The translations under genes were made by a program, and so were the position numbers. 64,000 nt of DNA, taken from positions 1 to 64,000 of the forward strand of contig JBHGNT010000131.1 in the NCBI GenBank assembly GCA_043228905.1, read 5' to 3'. Shown piece by piece: positions 36,873-49,400 of the stretch. The DNA is from Azolla caroliniana. Taxonomy: Eukaryota > Plantae > Polypodiophyta. The first letter of the stretch is position 1. Every line of letters begins with the position of its first letter. The notes below the pieces were generated by a model. The model saw nothing but the letters and a program-made list of their open reading frames with translations. It was not told where the DNA came from and searched no databases.

Positions 36873-37235
36873 ATTGATTTGTACTTCTTTCTCTTTAGAA
36901 GGTTCCATTGAACTATTTTAAGGATTACCATATATTACCACCAATCAATCATTAGTAGTGATTTTGAATTGGACCTCAAAAGTATACAGTAATACACTTG
37001 ATTGTTTCCAACTTGGTTGTTTGAGTATATCAAAATATACATGTCCATATTATATCTATATATCAGATCATTCATTGATCTATATCAAGTTTGGGTAGAG
37101 TAGAGGAAACTACCTAATTGTGGGTATCTATATCAAGTCATTGATCTTTATCATTTGGGTAGAGCCATGGAAACTACTTAATTGTATGCATATGCATATG
37201 CTTTTCATTCATCTATCTTTTAAAGAAAGCTAATA

Positions 37236-40022
37236 ATGGAAGCTACTCGTGAACACATTGGAGAGGATTTGAGCCCACGAATCTCATTCTCGCATAGCTT
37301 TAATTCCGTGATTGATCCCATTCAATATCCTTATAACCACAATAGACATCCAAGTCTTGATCTGGAGTTTGAGTTTGATTCTAGATCTAATCTTCCATTT
37401 GATCAATTATATATAAATCATCATCATCACAACCCACTTCGTGATCTCGAATTTGAGTTCAACTCTAGGTCTAATCTTCCATTGGATCAATATAAACTTC
37501 CTTTAGATCCATATAAACCTCCCTTAGATGACAACAAACTTTCGGATTATAACAACAACGATCCGAGCCTAATGCTCTCAGCTGACCAACTCTTTTGTGA
37601 TGGAAAGCTCCGCCTTATACAACAAAGATCTTCGAGTGTGATTAATTCATCACTCCCATTATCAAATGATGTAACTTGTGATGGATTTGCAGATTGCAAT
37701 GAATTGAAATCATCCAATTGTGGAGGATTTACTAGTGCAAGTCCTAATATTGATAATATTGAATTGAAATCTCCAAATGATTGTAGTAAAGATGGTGAGT
37801 TTAAGCATGAACTCACCTCTCCAGCAATTAATTACAGAGATAATTGTGAAGTTAGATTGCCCCAAAGCAACAAAAATGAAGCCAAAGGAGGGAGGAAATC
37901 ATCATCCAAAATAAACCAAAATGAAGAAGAAAGCTCGCCCAAAAGCAGAAGCGAAGAAGAACGATCTCCCAAAAGCAGAAATGAAGAAGAAAGATCTCTC
38001 AAATGCAGTAATGATGAAGAAAAATCCATCAAAAGCAGGAGCGAACCAGAGAAGCCATTGACCAAAAACACAAATGAGAAAGAACGATGTCCTAAACTTA
38101 GAACTGATGCAGAAAGATCAATCGAAGTCAGAAAAGAACCAGAGATACCATTGCCCACAAAAACAAATGGAGAGGAAAGATCGTGTACAAGGAACAGGGG
38201 GAAAGAAGAATCGCTCACAAGCAGAAAGTGTGAAGAAGAAAGTTCGCCCACAACCAGAAAAGGAGAGAAATCGCCAACAAAAAGGAATCATGAAGAGGAG
38301 AAATCAGCCGCTAATAATAATCTCACTATAAACAGAAAAAGTGAAGGAGAAGAAGATCCGAGATATTCATGGCTCACAAGCAGGCAGATGATGCTTCTTG
38401 CGTCTGCAAGAAGGAAGGAAGAGGAAGGTTTAATGGAAAACCATAAAAGCATTCAATCGATGGTGCGTCCAATTCAAACAAGATTTAAGGAGGAAGAAGA
38501 AGAAGATGAAGATGAAGAAGAAGTGAGAGAAATGCTTATGAGAAAGTTTAGCCAATCCAATCCACGATCTCTGTCGATGGCTATGGAAAGCTCGAACAGA
38601 TCAAGATCATCATCACTTCTTCTAGCGAACAGACAGAGGAAATGCATGAGTCTTACCACATCTACATGCGCTTCTCCACTTTCTAGAACCTTCTCTCACC
38701 CCTTCACAACTACCACTACCCCATCCTCTCCAACTACTTTCTTTACTTCCTCTTCCTCTTCTTCTTCTAAATATAGTAGCTCCTCTAAGTATGGCACTAG
38801 GCTTAAGAACTTCTTCAACCTCAAAAGGCTTCACAAACCATCATTTATGTCCTCCCCATCTATCCTCACTTTGCCAGGTACCACCCCAAGGTCCTTATGG
38901 CCCTTCACTCGAAACAAAGACCCAATCCGTACAAATTCGTCCTCCCCTTGGAAGCCCCCTCCCGTTCTCGATACTTCCCGACGCCCTTGTGCCAAAGATG
39001 GTCCTCCTTCTATGCCTATGTGTACAAGTGCACTCACCAAGGATGGTCCTTCTTCTATGACTATGCGTACAAGTACATTCACCAAGGATGGTCCTTCTTC
39101 TATGACTATGCGTACAAGTACATTCACCAAGGATGGTCCTTCTTCTACGACTGTGTGTCCAAGTACATTTACCAAGGACACACCTTCTTCTTCTTCTTCT
39201 TCTTCTTCAACCAATGATGAATGTTTCTCCTATACCCCTAGAGATGGGTTTTCCTCGATGACCACTATAGGTGGATCCTCTTCTTATAGCAATAGATATG
39301 CGTCTTCCTCTTCTGCCACTAAAGAACAGTTGCCCTCTTCCACTACTATTGGAGATGGGCCTCATCTTTATGCCATAAGAGATTGTTTTTCTTCTTCTTC
39401 TTCTATCACTAGAAATGGGTCTCCTTCTTCCAATAGAGATAGATCCATGGCTAAGACCAGACCAAATAATATGTGCATTGTTAACAAGGATATGCGTACT
39501 AGGAGGTCCCAATTGTTGACATCCCCAAAATCCCCAAAATCTTCTTCACAACAATCCCGCCATAATTCGCCAGTCCATAGGTTTGCGCTGACACTGCCAC
39601 CATCAAATTTGTGTGCACAAAAGCCCAAGGATAATGATATGGCCAATCTAGAGCACCAACATCCTCGGGTTATACAACAAAGCAAACGTTGCAACAAAGA
39701 TAAATCAAGGATGTTGGATGTAAATGCTATTGTTGGGAACAACTTAACAAACTGTCAAGGTAAACAAGGAGGTCGAAAGGTGGTGAATGTAGAGAAATCA
39801 AACGTTATACTTGGGTCAAGAGGCGAGATTCCAAGGACCAAGGCGGCCTTGGAGAGGTCCCTAGCCTACACATCAAGTGTTAGAGTGACACCAGTCCTGA
39901 ATGTCCCTTCTTGCATCAACCCTTCATTGAGAAAATCCAAATCCAATACTTTCAATTTGGCCCATCTTTTTACAAAGAGGTCCATCTCCCTTGTCCCCCC
40001 CCTCAAGGTCGACATCTCATAA
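37236..40022 (+). CDS. Intronless Ser-rich low-complexity protein, 928 aa; plant SPRISFS / ADxLF.DG / V.PVLNVP family (loosely annotated as membrane-associated kinase regulator-like)
   Basis: 2787-nt open frame; conserved short motifs LSPRISFS, DLEFEF, MLSADQLFCDGKL, SLWPF and C-terminal VRVTPVLNVPSC. Confidence 0.8.
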   Translation: MEATREHIGEDLSPRISFSHSFNSVIDPIQYPYNHNRHPSLDLEFEFDSRSNLPFDQLYINHHHHNPLRDLEFEFNSRSNLPLDQYKLPLDPYKPPLDDNKLSDYNNNDPSLMLSADQLFCDGKLRLIQQRSSSVINSSLPLSNDVTCDGFADCNELKSSNCGGFTSASPNIDNIELKSPNDCSKDGEFKHELTSPAINYRDNCEVRLPQSNKNEAKGGRKSSSKINQNEEESSPKSRSEEERSPKSRNEEERSLKCSNDEEKSIKSRSEPEKPLTKNTNEKERCPKLRTDAERSIEVRKEPEIPLPTKTNGEERSCTRNRGKEESLTSRKCEEESSPTTRKGEKSPTKRNHEEEKSAANNNLTINRKSEGEEDPRYSWLTSRQMMLLASARRKEEEGLMENHKSIQSMVRPIQTRFKEEEEEDEDEEEVREMLMRKFSQSNPRSLSMAMESSNRSRSSSLLLANRQRKCMSLTTSTCASPLSRTFSHPFTTTTTPSSPTTFFTSSSSSSSKYSSSSKYGTRLKNFFNLKRLHKPSFMSSPSILTLPGTTPRSLWPFTRNKDPIRTNSSSPWKPPPVLDTSRRPCAKDGPPSMPMCTSALTKDGPSSMTMRTSTFTKDGPSSMTMRTSTFTKDGPSSTTVCPSTFTKDTPSSSSSSSSTNDECFSYTPRDGFSSMTTIGGSSSYSNRYASSSSATKEQLPSSTTIGDGPHLYAIRDCFSSSSSITRNGSPSSNRDRSMAKTRPNNMCIVNKDMRTRRSQLLTSPKSPKSSSQQSRHNSPVHRFALTLPPSNLCAQKPKDNDMANLEHQHPRVIQQSKRCNKDKSRMLDVNAIVGNNLTNCQGKQGGRKVVNVEKSNVILGSRGEIPRTKAALERSLAYTSSVRVTPVLNVPSCINPSLRKSKSNTFNLAHLFTKRSISLVPPLKVDIS
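38992..39190 (+). repeat. 45-bp (15-aa TKDGPSSMTMRTSTF) coding tandem repeat, ~4.5 copies
   Basis: caaggatggtccttcttctatgactatgcgtacaagtacattcac repeated in frame. Confidence 0.9.
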
Positions 40023-40847
40023 TCCGTTGGGCTTATAACAAAGCACGTTTGTTTTAGCATACTAGGGTTACTTATGTTTGTTGATATGTTTATTAAACTT
40101 TGACCACTTTAATGCCATTATAGGATCATGAATTATTAAATCCATATGATTTATAAATCAACATGGTCCAATGATGCAATTGTACAACCCTACCATTCTT
40201 GACCTTTGTCCAATACAATTGTGTACACTCTTTTATTTATCCACTTTTGAAGGACTCAGAAAGCTTTGACATGAATTGGCCTAAGTACTTGTGATTTTAT
40301 AATTGGTTCTCGTGCACGTACAAAAATAAGCTCTATAAAACAACCATTTCTATTAATTACATAAGTTTCTTATGAATACTTGGTACCGTGTTTCTAGAGG
40401 GTGTTCTTGTAGCTTCCTCAAATTTGTACCATACTCTTTGTTATGATGATAATAAATGTTGAAGTGAAAAAATAACCAAATAAGGTATCTTGCAAATTAT
40501 TGTTGGTTTTGTTACTACCTTACAAAGGGAAGATTCTCACTTCTATTAGTAATGTAGGCATTTGTGACAATTTTATGATTGGTACCATGTACAAAAACAA
40601 CAATAAGGTTTGTAACACAACTATGTCTATTGATTACATAAGTTTGTTATGCATAATTGCATACCATGTTTCTAGAGAATGTTTGTGTAGCTTCGTTGAG
40701 TTTATACAATACTTCTTGTTATGATAATAATAAGCAATGAAATGGAAATCATAACTATATAAGGTATCTTGCAAATTGTCCTTGGTTTTGTTACTACTTT
40801 AAGAAAGGAAGATGCTCCCTCCCACTAGTAATCTAGGCATCGATAAA

Positions 40848-40947
40848 AAAATAGAAAAGAAGATGCTCTCTCTTGTGAATGTAAGAGCTTAGACTCCAAA
40901 ATAGAAAAGAAGATGCTCTCTCTTGTGAATGTAAGAGCTTAGACTCC
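40848..40947. repeat. Perfect 50-bp tandem duplication
   Basis: aaaatagaaaagaagatgctctctcttgtgaatgtaagagcttagactcc x2. Confidence 0.9.
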
Positions 40948-41611
40948 ATGCATATAAGCGTCAAAATTTTCTTTCTAGCCTTTCAATGAGGATTGGGACT
41001 TGATTGATAATATGCTTTACATCATGATTATTCAATCAAAGGACATAATCGACAAGCCTAGTGTGGTTCATTGAAAGAGATGCCTCCTAGGTAATGCAAG
41101 TTGGTTTATTAAAGTTTGTGGACAACTATTAGTTAATATTTGCTACATGAACATCATTGTTTAGTTTCTCCTTTAGCTATTTAGTGTTTAGAAAGTATAA
41201 TGATTGTGATGATTGGTATATGTTGGGAGGATCATTAAACAAAACAAGATCATCACAGAACTTATGGATACATGAACCTTGAATTGTGGTTTTAGGGTAA
41301 TTGCAGATGTAAGTATTGATGAGCATTATTTATTCATTAATTGTTAAATCATGTAGAGTCTAGAAAGTAATGTGTTTGTGGAAAACCAATTGGAGTTACC
41401 AGAATTCTAGCACACTAGTCATTTCATGTACGTAGACTTCAGAAATGTCTATGCATAAACAAACTTTAACTTCATGAATCTGACTTTTCTCATCCAGAAC
41501 AGTGTTCACATTTTCACCAGAACTTTATTTGGTTCATTCCATCCAATCTCCCTCCAGCATACATATTTGACAACACTATAGGCAGGTTGAAAATAAGGTC
41601 TTCTGCTTCAA

Positions 41612-41854
41612 CTAACTTTCCAAATTGTCTGAAAAGATCAATCCCTTGTTTGTTGCTGCTATATCCTCCAACCTTAAAGCATTCCAAGAGACTACAATCC
41701 TCTCACACATATCTTCAAATGTTGATCGAGCTTCTTCCAAAGCACCACATTTGCGATACATATCGACGAGTGAAGCACTGACCATGACATCTTTTCCAAT
41801 CTCATCCCGAACCACATGTTCATGAAGAAGCTTCGACCCCCACACCATCTTCAC
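41612..41854 (-). pseudogene. PPR (PLS-class) gene fragment
   Basis: VSASLVDMYRKCGALEEARSTFEDMCERIVVSWNAL is a canonical PLS-PPR L/S-P junction motif. Confidence 0.75.
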
Positions 41855-42269
41855 TCATGCTTATCACAAAAAATTCTTCATTTAGTCCACATCAACCATC
41901 TCACCGATTAGCACCAAGTTCATGTACAAATAACAATGAAATGAATCTAGACTATTTCCTCCTCCCCTCCCGATTTGCTTCGGTTCCCAAACCATCATCA
42001 CTCATCGTAATGAGAAACCTAAAATCTTCTTCATTCAGTTCACATCAACATCTTGATCTCGCCGACCATCTTGGCATCTCGCCGATGCCCACCAACATCC
42101 TGTACTGACAACAAAAAATGAGTCTAAAAGTTTCCTCACCTACTCATGATAGTTGGCTTCGACTCGCCCACAATCTTCACTCATCCTTATCACAGAATTT
42201 TTTTTCTTCATTCAGAATTAGTTTTGGTCTTGCCTAAAGCACATTTGAAAACCAAAAGAAGTATTGGTT

Positions 42270-43300
42270 TCATAATTGCAGACTATTGTTGCTTGGAATG
42301 CTCCCATTACAGGATGTATTCAATGTGACCAAGCTTATGATGCCATAAAATGGATTATTTTATTCTACCTTATGTGTCTTTGCTCAAGGCTTGTCATATG
42401 TTGCAAGATCTTAAGACAGAATATAGTCTCATGGACAACACTAATTACAAGTTATGCTGAAAATTAGTGTGGGGAGGATGCTCTTATATGCCACTCATGT
42501 ATACATTTAGAAGGTATATCTCTGAATGTCGTGGCCAATATTCGAACAATAGAAAGAGGACAATAAGTGCACAATAGTATCTGCAAACAAGGTTTGAAAC
42601 ATGATCTGGTAATCAGTAATATGCTCATTGATATGTATGCAAAATTTGGATTACTTGAAACTACTCAAGTAGGGTTTTTGACCATGTTCCAGCTCGATCA
42701 ATAGTCTCTTGGAATGCATTGCCCACTCACTATATTGAATTTAACAATTGTGATAAGGTCTTTGCTATCCCCACAAACTTCTTCATTGCTTTGGGCATCA
42801 GATGGGACACTAGCTGATAATACTTTATTCTTGCAAGAATCGGAGATCCACAAAAGCATTGCCCTTATATATTAGAGTCAAATTAGCATGCTTGGTTGTC
42901 AATGATATACCTTCAAATACAAGCATCATCAGATGGAAGAGAAGGATCACTATTTTGGCACTGTTGGAGGCCGGGGCTTTTGGTGAGGTGCATGAAGATG
43001 TATCAATCAACAAGGAATTTCAAGAACTTTAGGAATTGTTTACTGAAGGAAAAATTATTCCAAAGGAATTAGTATTTTTTCTCATAAAGAGATGCAAAAA
43101 AGAAGGAAATCTGGCTTGTGCTAAGCAATTACATAACCTTAGTATAAAAATGGTTTGTTAGCAGACATCACTATTGCAAATCAGATGATAGACATAACCA
43201 TACAATTGCAAGTGGTTATGACTTGAATGTCTTTGTGAGCAATGCTCTTATAGACATGTATTGCAAGTGCAAAGACACTGACAATGCAAGGAGATTATGA
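42270..43300 (+). pseudogene. Decayed PPR (PLS-class) pseudogene fragments
   Basis: NIVSWTTLITSYAEN*CGEDAL; GLKHDLVISNMLIDMYAKFGLLE; NVFVSNALIDMYCKCK, separated by stops and frameshifts. Confidence 0.7.
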
Positions 43301-44790
43301 AGGAACGTGAGATGCACGCTAAGATTGAAAGAACGGGCCTACTGGATGAAAGATTTTTCTTGGATATGCCAAACATGAATAAGATTGGCTAGAAAGATTA
43401 TTTATCTTTACCTAGAAATATTGACTACAGTCATTCGACATGGCTATACAATATTCGTTGTAATATTGGATTATCTTGCATATTGTCCACTTTAATTTTA
43501 ATACCAATGGAGGATAGTTTTTTATGGAAAGTAATGTGTTTCTGCTAATATTTGTTGGGATGATCATTACATACAATTGCATTATCATGCACATTTGTGA
43601 ATTCCTGAAGTTTGGATAGTGGTTTAAGGGTCACTATAGCCCCAAGTATGTGATGGGAATAACCATATGTTGCTATGGTAGCACATTTATATGGTTTATG
43701 GGTTTATAAGAAATCTACTTAGATCCAAAGCGGGAATTTGGATGCAACTTTGTGTGGTGCAATTCAAGTAAAGTAGGCCTAGGAAAGGTAGGGCATGCTT
43801 ATCATAATACAAGATATGAAAACTTGGAGGTTGGATAGTGGTTTATGTATAATCACATGTTAGTATACTAAGATATTTATGGTTTAGGGGTTGATCAGAA
43901 ATCTATTTAGAATTAAAGAGTTGTATAAATGAAATGTAATAAGGTTTGCCCAAAGTAAAGTAGGGTTAGGAAAGGTACTTGCATGTGAGCAAGGTAAATT
44001 TTAGATGGTAGTGTGGAAACTTGGTGTCAAATCTTTGTATTGTCAAGTTACATCTAGATGGTTGTAGATTGCCATGTGTTGTGAACGTTTCATACTTGTG
44101 TATGTCCTTATAAGTGGTCTATTATTAGTCTACTCAAGAACTATTGGCACATTATATTGTTTATAGGTGTCACTCATGCATGAATGTGAGTTACACTAAT
44201 TAAGACAATTTAATCTTACTATGATGAAATGTGGATTGATTCTTGAACACATTTAGAACTTTGTTTTTCAATTCATCTAGATAGTGTTTGTAACCCTAGT
44301 CATGGTGTGTGATGCCACTCTTTATTGATGTCATCTAGATAGGGAATGGCATGGGAATATTAAATTATGGGCAATCACAAATTACTAATGTAAACTCTAG
44401 AGTTTTGCAAATGAAAAAGAAAGCTAAACTGTAGAAGTGTAACATATACTTGCATAGACAGAAATAGTGAACAATTTGTACCCATACCATCTTATTGGAA
44501 AGTGTATTCTTCTCTATAGAATTAAACACACACATACATATTCTTGTATACCCCATTTCACATTCTATTTTTGATGTGAATCAAGGGTGACGGGGCACAT
44601 GGAAGGAGCCTTGCCATAGCATCATAATCATAAAATAGAGAACTCAAGTTTAATACTTGTGAAGGCCTAGGCCTGATCCTATATACATTGGGGATTATTT
44701 TTTGGTGAGCAAATCCTATCAAAATTTCTTTTTCTTATTATGATGGAGGCAAAAATTTGACATATGTCTATGAGCACTTATTATGTATGT

Positions 44791-45545
44791 TGTCATGGAG
44801 GATTTCGGCCACTAGGTGAACGGTTCGACGGATGCGTGGGAACAAGGGAGTGCACGTATGCACACGAAAGTGGTCGATGTACAAAAAATTGTAAATAAAA
44901 GTACAAAGATATGATAACTTTAATTAGCACTTATGGGCCCACGAAAAGAGGGGAATAATGGTTAGGTGATGGAAGGAAATCAGGAGGGGAATCTCTGACA
45001 GACACCTGTCATAACAACTGATGTAATCGACCCTTCTTGGAACTATTAAAGGAGGGGAGGAGACTGTTAGGGGGATTGGTCGTTTTGGAGGGGAAGGTGT
45101 TGTCGATTTGGGAGTATTGATGAGTACTATAGGTCCCTGTTCTACTCAGTCGGATCGGTCATGTGAGGTCTTATGCTTGCGTGGGTAGCCTATGTGCTCC
45201 TGACTAGAGGCTCATGTCTGTGTGTTTGTCGAGCTCGAATCTCTACTAACTGGCCTAAGGCCAAGTTTATGTATTCTTTATTTGCTTTAATCAATTCATT
45301 GTCTTCTGTATTTGGGTGTGTGCTGTGTACTGAAAGATCTTTGTTTGGGTCGTCTCCTTCCTCGTTTCATCTCATGCTTGTTGGCATGTATCTACAAGCC
45401 CGTGTGCTCATCACTCGGAAGCTGGATCCAAGGCCGATTGGTCATTGCCGGCAAACACTCAGCCGACACCTATCATTAAGGTTCTTGGTCCAAGACCCTA
45501 GTGGTCTTGCCCAAGCCGACCCACAAGCCACAGATTTCCGTGATA
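44791..45545 (+). mobile_element. Possible solo LTR / LTR remnant
   Basis: Starts TGTCATGGA and ends TCCGTGATA (imperfect terminal IR); TATA-like site ~45043; no clear TSD. Confidence 0.35.
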
Positions 45546-45678
45546 TCTTTGGTGAACCTGATGTGAAAAGGGTGGCAAGGGAGTTACTATGAGGGGAGGC
45601 AAGCTTGCAGAAGCAATGGCGGCCGCTGTAGATCGCCTCATGAATGCTCAAGAAATGCCACAAGTTGCACGAACACAC

Positions 45679-45911
45679 AAGACACGAAAGTTTGAATGCC
45701 TTTGTGAAAGGAGAGGTGCACGGGCAAGCCCGAAACGCTCCCTTGTCACAAGACACACAAACATATAAGCACAAATGACAATAACATATAAGACACGTAA
45801 GTTTGAATGCCTTTGTGAGAGGAGAGGTGCATGGGCAAGCTCGAAACGCTCCCTTGTCACAAGACACACAAACAAATAAACACAAATGACGATAACATTT
45901 AAGACACGTAG
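45679..45911. repeat. 111-bp tandem repeat (2 copies plus start of a third)
   Basis: aagacacg at 45679, 45790 and 45901; units nearly identical. Confidence 0.85.
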
Positions 45912-46479
45912 GTGAAACCAAACATTAGTTTATTGCAATATAATAGGTTCTTTTATAAAACAAGAATCAATTTTACAACGGGTTTGATATGAATATGAGT
46001 GATAATTTATAAAGGAAGGGGGAAGAGAGGTGGAGGAAAGAAGAGAGTGGAATATAGAAGAAGGTGATTCTTTGTTGATGATGCCTCTTGATGTTGTTGA
46101 TCCGTCTTCTTTTGCCTTCCAATTGAGTAGAGTTTCCGCGTTCCATCTCCCTCCCCCCTTTCTTCACTAGAATAGACTCTTATTTATAGGTTTAGGATTG
46201 CTTGCCTTTTTCCCCTAAAAAAAAGCTTGTCTATATGAGTCGGCTTTTCTTTATCTCACTATTTCACATGCAAGATATTCTTGGAAAGCTCTTTGGGTTA
46301 GCTTTGTTATGCATCTTTTCTTTTTTCTAATTTGGACATCTGATGAGGAAATTATTAGCTTTTTTCTCTGCTGTGCTCCTCATATCCACGGGTGTTTCTT
46401 TTTTCCACCCCATCTTTTTCTCTACTTTTGTCTACTTTTGAAAACCGCCTCTAACTTAATATTCACCATTATTTATAGT

Positions 46480-49400
46480 TGTTGAGACTCGTGGATAGAA
46501 GATAGAGTGAGAGCGAAAGAGAGAGGGTGTGTGTGTGTGTGTGCGTGAGAGAGAGAGAGTGAGAGAGATAAGACTTGAAATAGAAATGAGATTATATTAT
46601 GATGAAACAAGATTACAATGAGTAGGCTAAGGGCTAAAAACTGGTGTTGAACCGAATGAGTTGAAACGAATGTATAGACAGTTATTTATAGGTCCTTGTG
46701 GAGTAATCTAGAATGTTCTAGAATATTTTAGATTTTATGATAAGAAATATAATCATGAAATATTAAAGGATGTTCTAGAATAATCTAGAATAATCTAGAA
46801 TGTTCTAGACTAATCTAGAATGTTCTAGAATATTCTAATATCTTGTAATAACTAGAAACATAATTATTATAATCACACATCATATATGTTATTACAATGG
46901 TTAAGGGTTCAACACATAGACCAAGAAGCCGTGGGTTTGATTCTTGATAACCAAAATGTTGTCTTCATGACATTATCTCCCCCTTTCGACGACGAGTTCC
47001 ACGAGTCGGAAGACAAGAGTTCAGACTTGGTTTATGGGGATATTTGTCGTGAAATGCAACAACCATGTTGGAGGCATTAGCAAGATGCTCAACAGGCTCC
47101 CATGTTCAATCATTAGGTGTATAACCTAACCAATCAACCAAATAATATAGTTTGTTGCGGATGATCTTGGAGTCGAGAATAGCAGCAACCTCATATTCAG
47201 AGCCATTGGAAACTTCGATTGGAGGTGGGGGAGGTGTAAGACGACCCGGAATAGAGCTTGTTGTGTAGGGCTCCAAAAGTGAAACATGGAAGACCGGGTG
47301 AAGACAGATATGAGGAGGGAGATCAAGACGAAATGTCACATCATTGATCTTACCAGAGATCACATATGGGCCGAAACGTTGATAATCCAATTTGTAACAA
47401 GGTCGAGTGGTTTTAATGCTACCTTGTAAGAGCCATACACGATCTCCTACTTGAAACGTAGTCGATGAATCACGCCGATGACGATCAACAATCTTCTTTT
47501 GAGTGTTTTGGGCATCACATAAATGATGCAAAAGTATATCTTGAATTTCTTGGAGTCGAGTGAGCCGATCTTCAGCAACCGGGTTTTTTGGGAGTTCGGG
47601 ATGTTCAAGCATCGTCCAACGAGGATGGTACCCAATGTTAGCAAAAAATGGGGAATAGCCAGTAGAAGAATGTTCGGAGTTGTTGTAAGCAAATTCCGCC
47701 AAATGTAATAAATCCACCCAATCATCTTGTTGATAGTTGACAAAACAACGTAGATATTGTTCGATTGTTTGGTTGGTGTGCTCACTCTGCCCATTAGTCT
47801 CTGGATGGTAGCCGGAAGAGAGTTTACAAGAAGTATGTAAGAGTTTGAACATGTGCCGCCAAAATTTCGAGATGAATTGGGGACCCCGATCACTGATAAT
47901 ATCATCCGGAAGACCATGATGGCGAAACACCTCCCGCATGAGTAAATCGGCTGTCTCTTGACTAGTAATGGTCTTCGTGCATGGAAGGAAATGCGCCATC
48001 TTCGTAAAACGATCGACTACCGTGAGAATAGAATCCAATCCCTTGGAAGGTGGAAGATCCGTAATAAAGTCCAAGGAAATAGATTTCCATGGGCTCTCCA
48101 GAATAGGCATTGGCTGTAATAGGCCATATGGATGATGTCGAGGCTTTTTTGATCGGCAACATGTGTCACAACTACGAACATAATCCGTAACAAAATGGCG
48201 AAGCTGTGGCCACCAATATTGGCGAGAAATCAACTCAAAAGTCTTGTGGATGCCGAAATGTCCAGCCATTGGCGTGTCATGACATTGTTGCACGACTTTG
48301 AGTCGAGAAGGACCGTCAGGCACATACAAGAGAGTTTGTCGAAAAAGCAAACCATCATGCCAATTGAACTGGGTGTAGTCTAGATGAGGATCTTTAGATT
48401 GAGAGCTAGAAGCACGATCTGGGATAATATGACTCAAAACCTCTTGGGCAAATGCATATGTCGCAATCTGCTCCCAAATGGAATCAAGAAGCCTCGAATC
48501 TCCTGGTGTGTTGATAGTATGTATTGCCATTACTCGTAGACGATCAGGACCTAAGAGGATTTGCTTTTGACTTTCAAATGCGGCCTCTCCTGGTTGAAGT
48601 TCCATATACGAACATTGAGATAAAGCATCTGCTTTTCCTTGTTGCATCCCAGGGCGATATAGAATTACAAAATCAAAACAAGTTAAGAACTGCGCCCAAC
48701 GAGCTTGTCGACGATTCAAGACTTGAGCACTTTGGAAGTATGTTAGATTTTTGTGATCATTGAAGACAATAATCTGTTGAGAAGAACCCTCCAAAAAATG
48801 ACGCCATTGTTGAAAAGAATCCACAATGGCAAGAAGCTCTTTGTTGTGAATCTCATAGTTGATTTCTGCGGCTTCAAATTTCTGTGAATGAAAAGCCACA
48901 GGGTGCAGTTCACCATCTTCACCAATATGGGATAGTACGCTTCCAAGTGCGAAATCAAATGCATCAGCTTCAAGTTTAAAGCGCCTCATTGGATCAACAT
49001 GCATTAAAATTGGTGCAGATGTAAACACTTGCTTTAAACCCTCAAATGCAGAGTTTGCATCTATACCCCATACAAATGGTTGATTCTTGCGCGTTAGTTG
49101 AGTGAGGGGGAATACAATCTTTGAATAATCTTTGATGAACTTGCGATAAAAGTTTGCGAACCCCAAAAAACATTGTACATCTCGCACAGACTGTGGTGTT
49201 TGCCAATCCAAAATTGTTTGAACCTTTGATGGATCCATAGAGATGCCATTTGAAGAGATTATGTACCCCAAAAATTCCACTTGACACTGGTTGAAACTAC
49301 ACTTCTCCAATTTTGCATAGAGACCATACTCTCGTAACCGTTGCAAAACTTGGCGAACATGTATCTCATGCTCCTCTTGAGTTTTTGAGTAGATCAAGAT

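Noticed and set aside
46700-46840. CRISPR-like array
   Set aside because: Short tandem units without unique spacers, eukaryotic LTR context, no cas genes.
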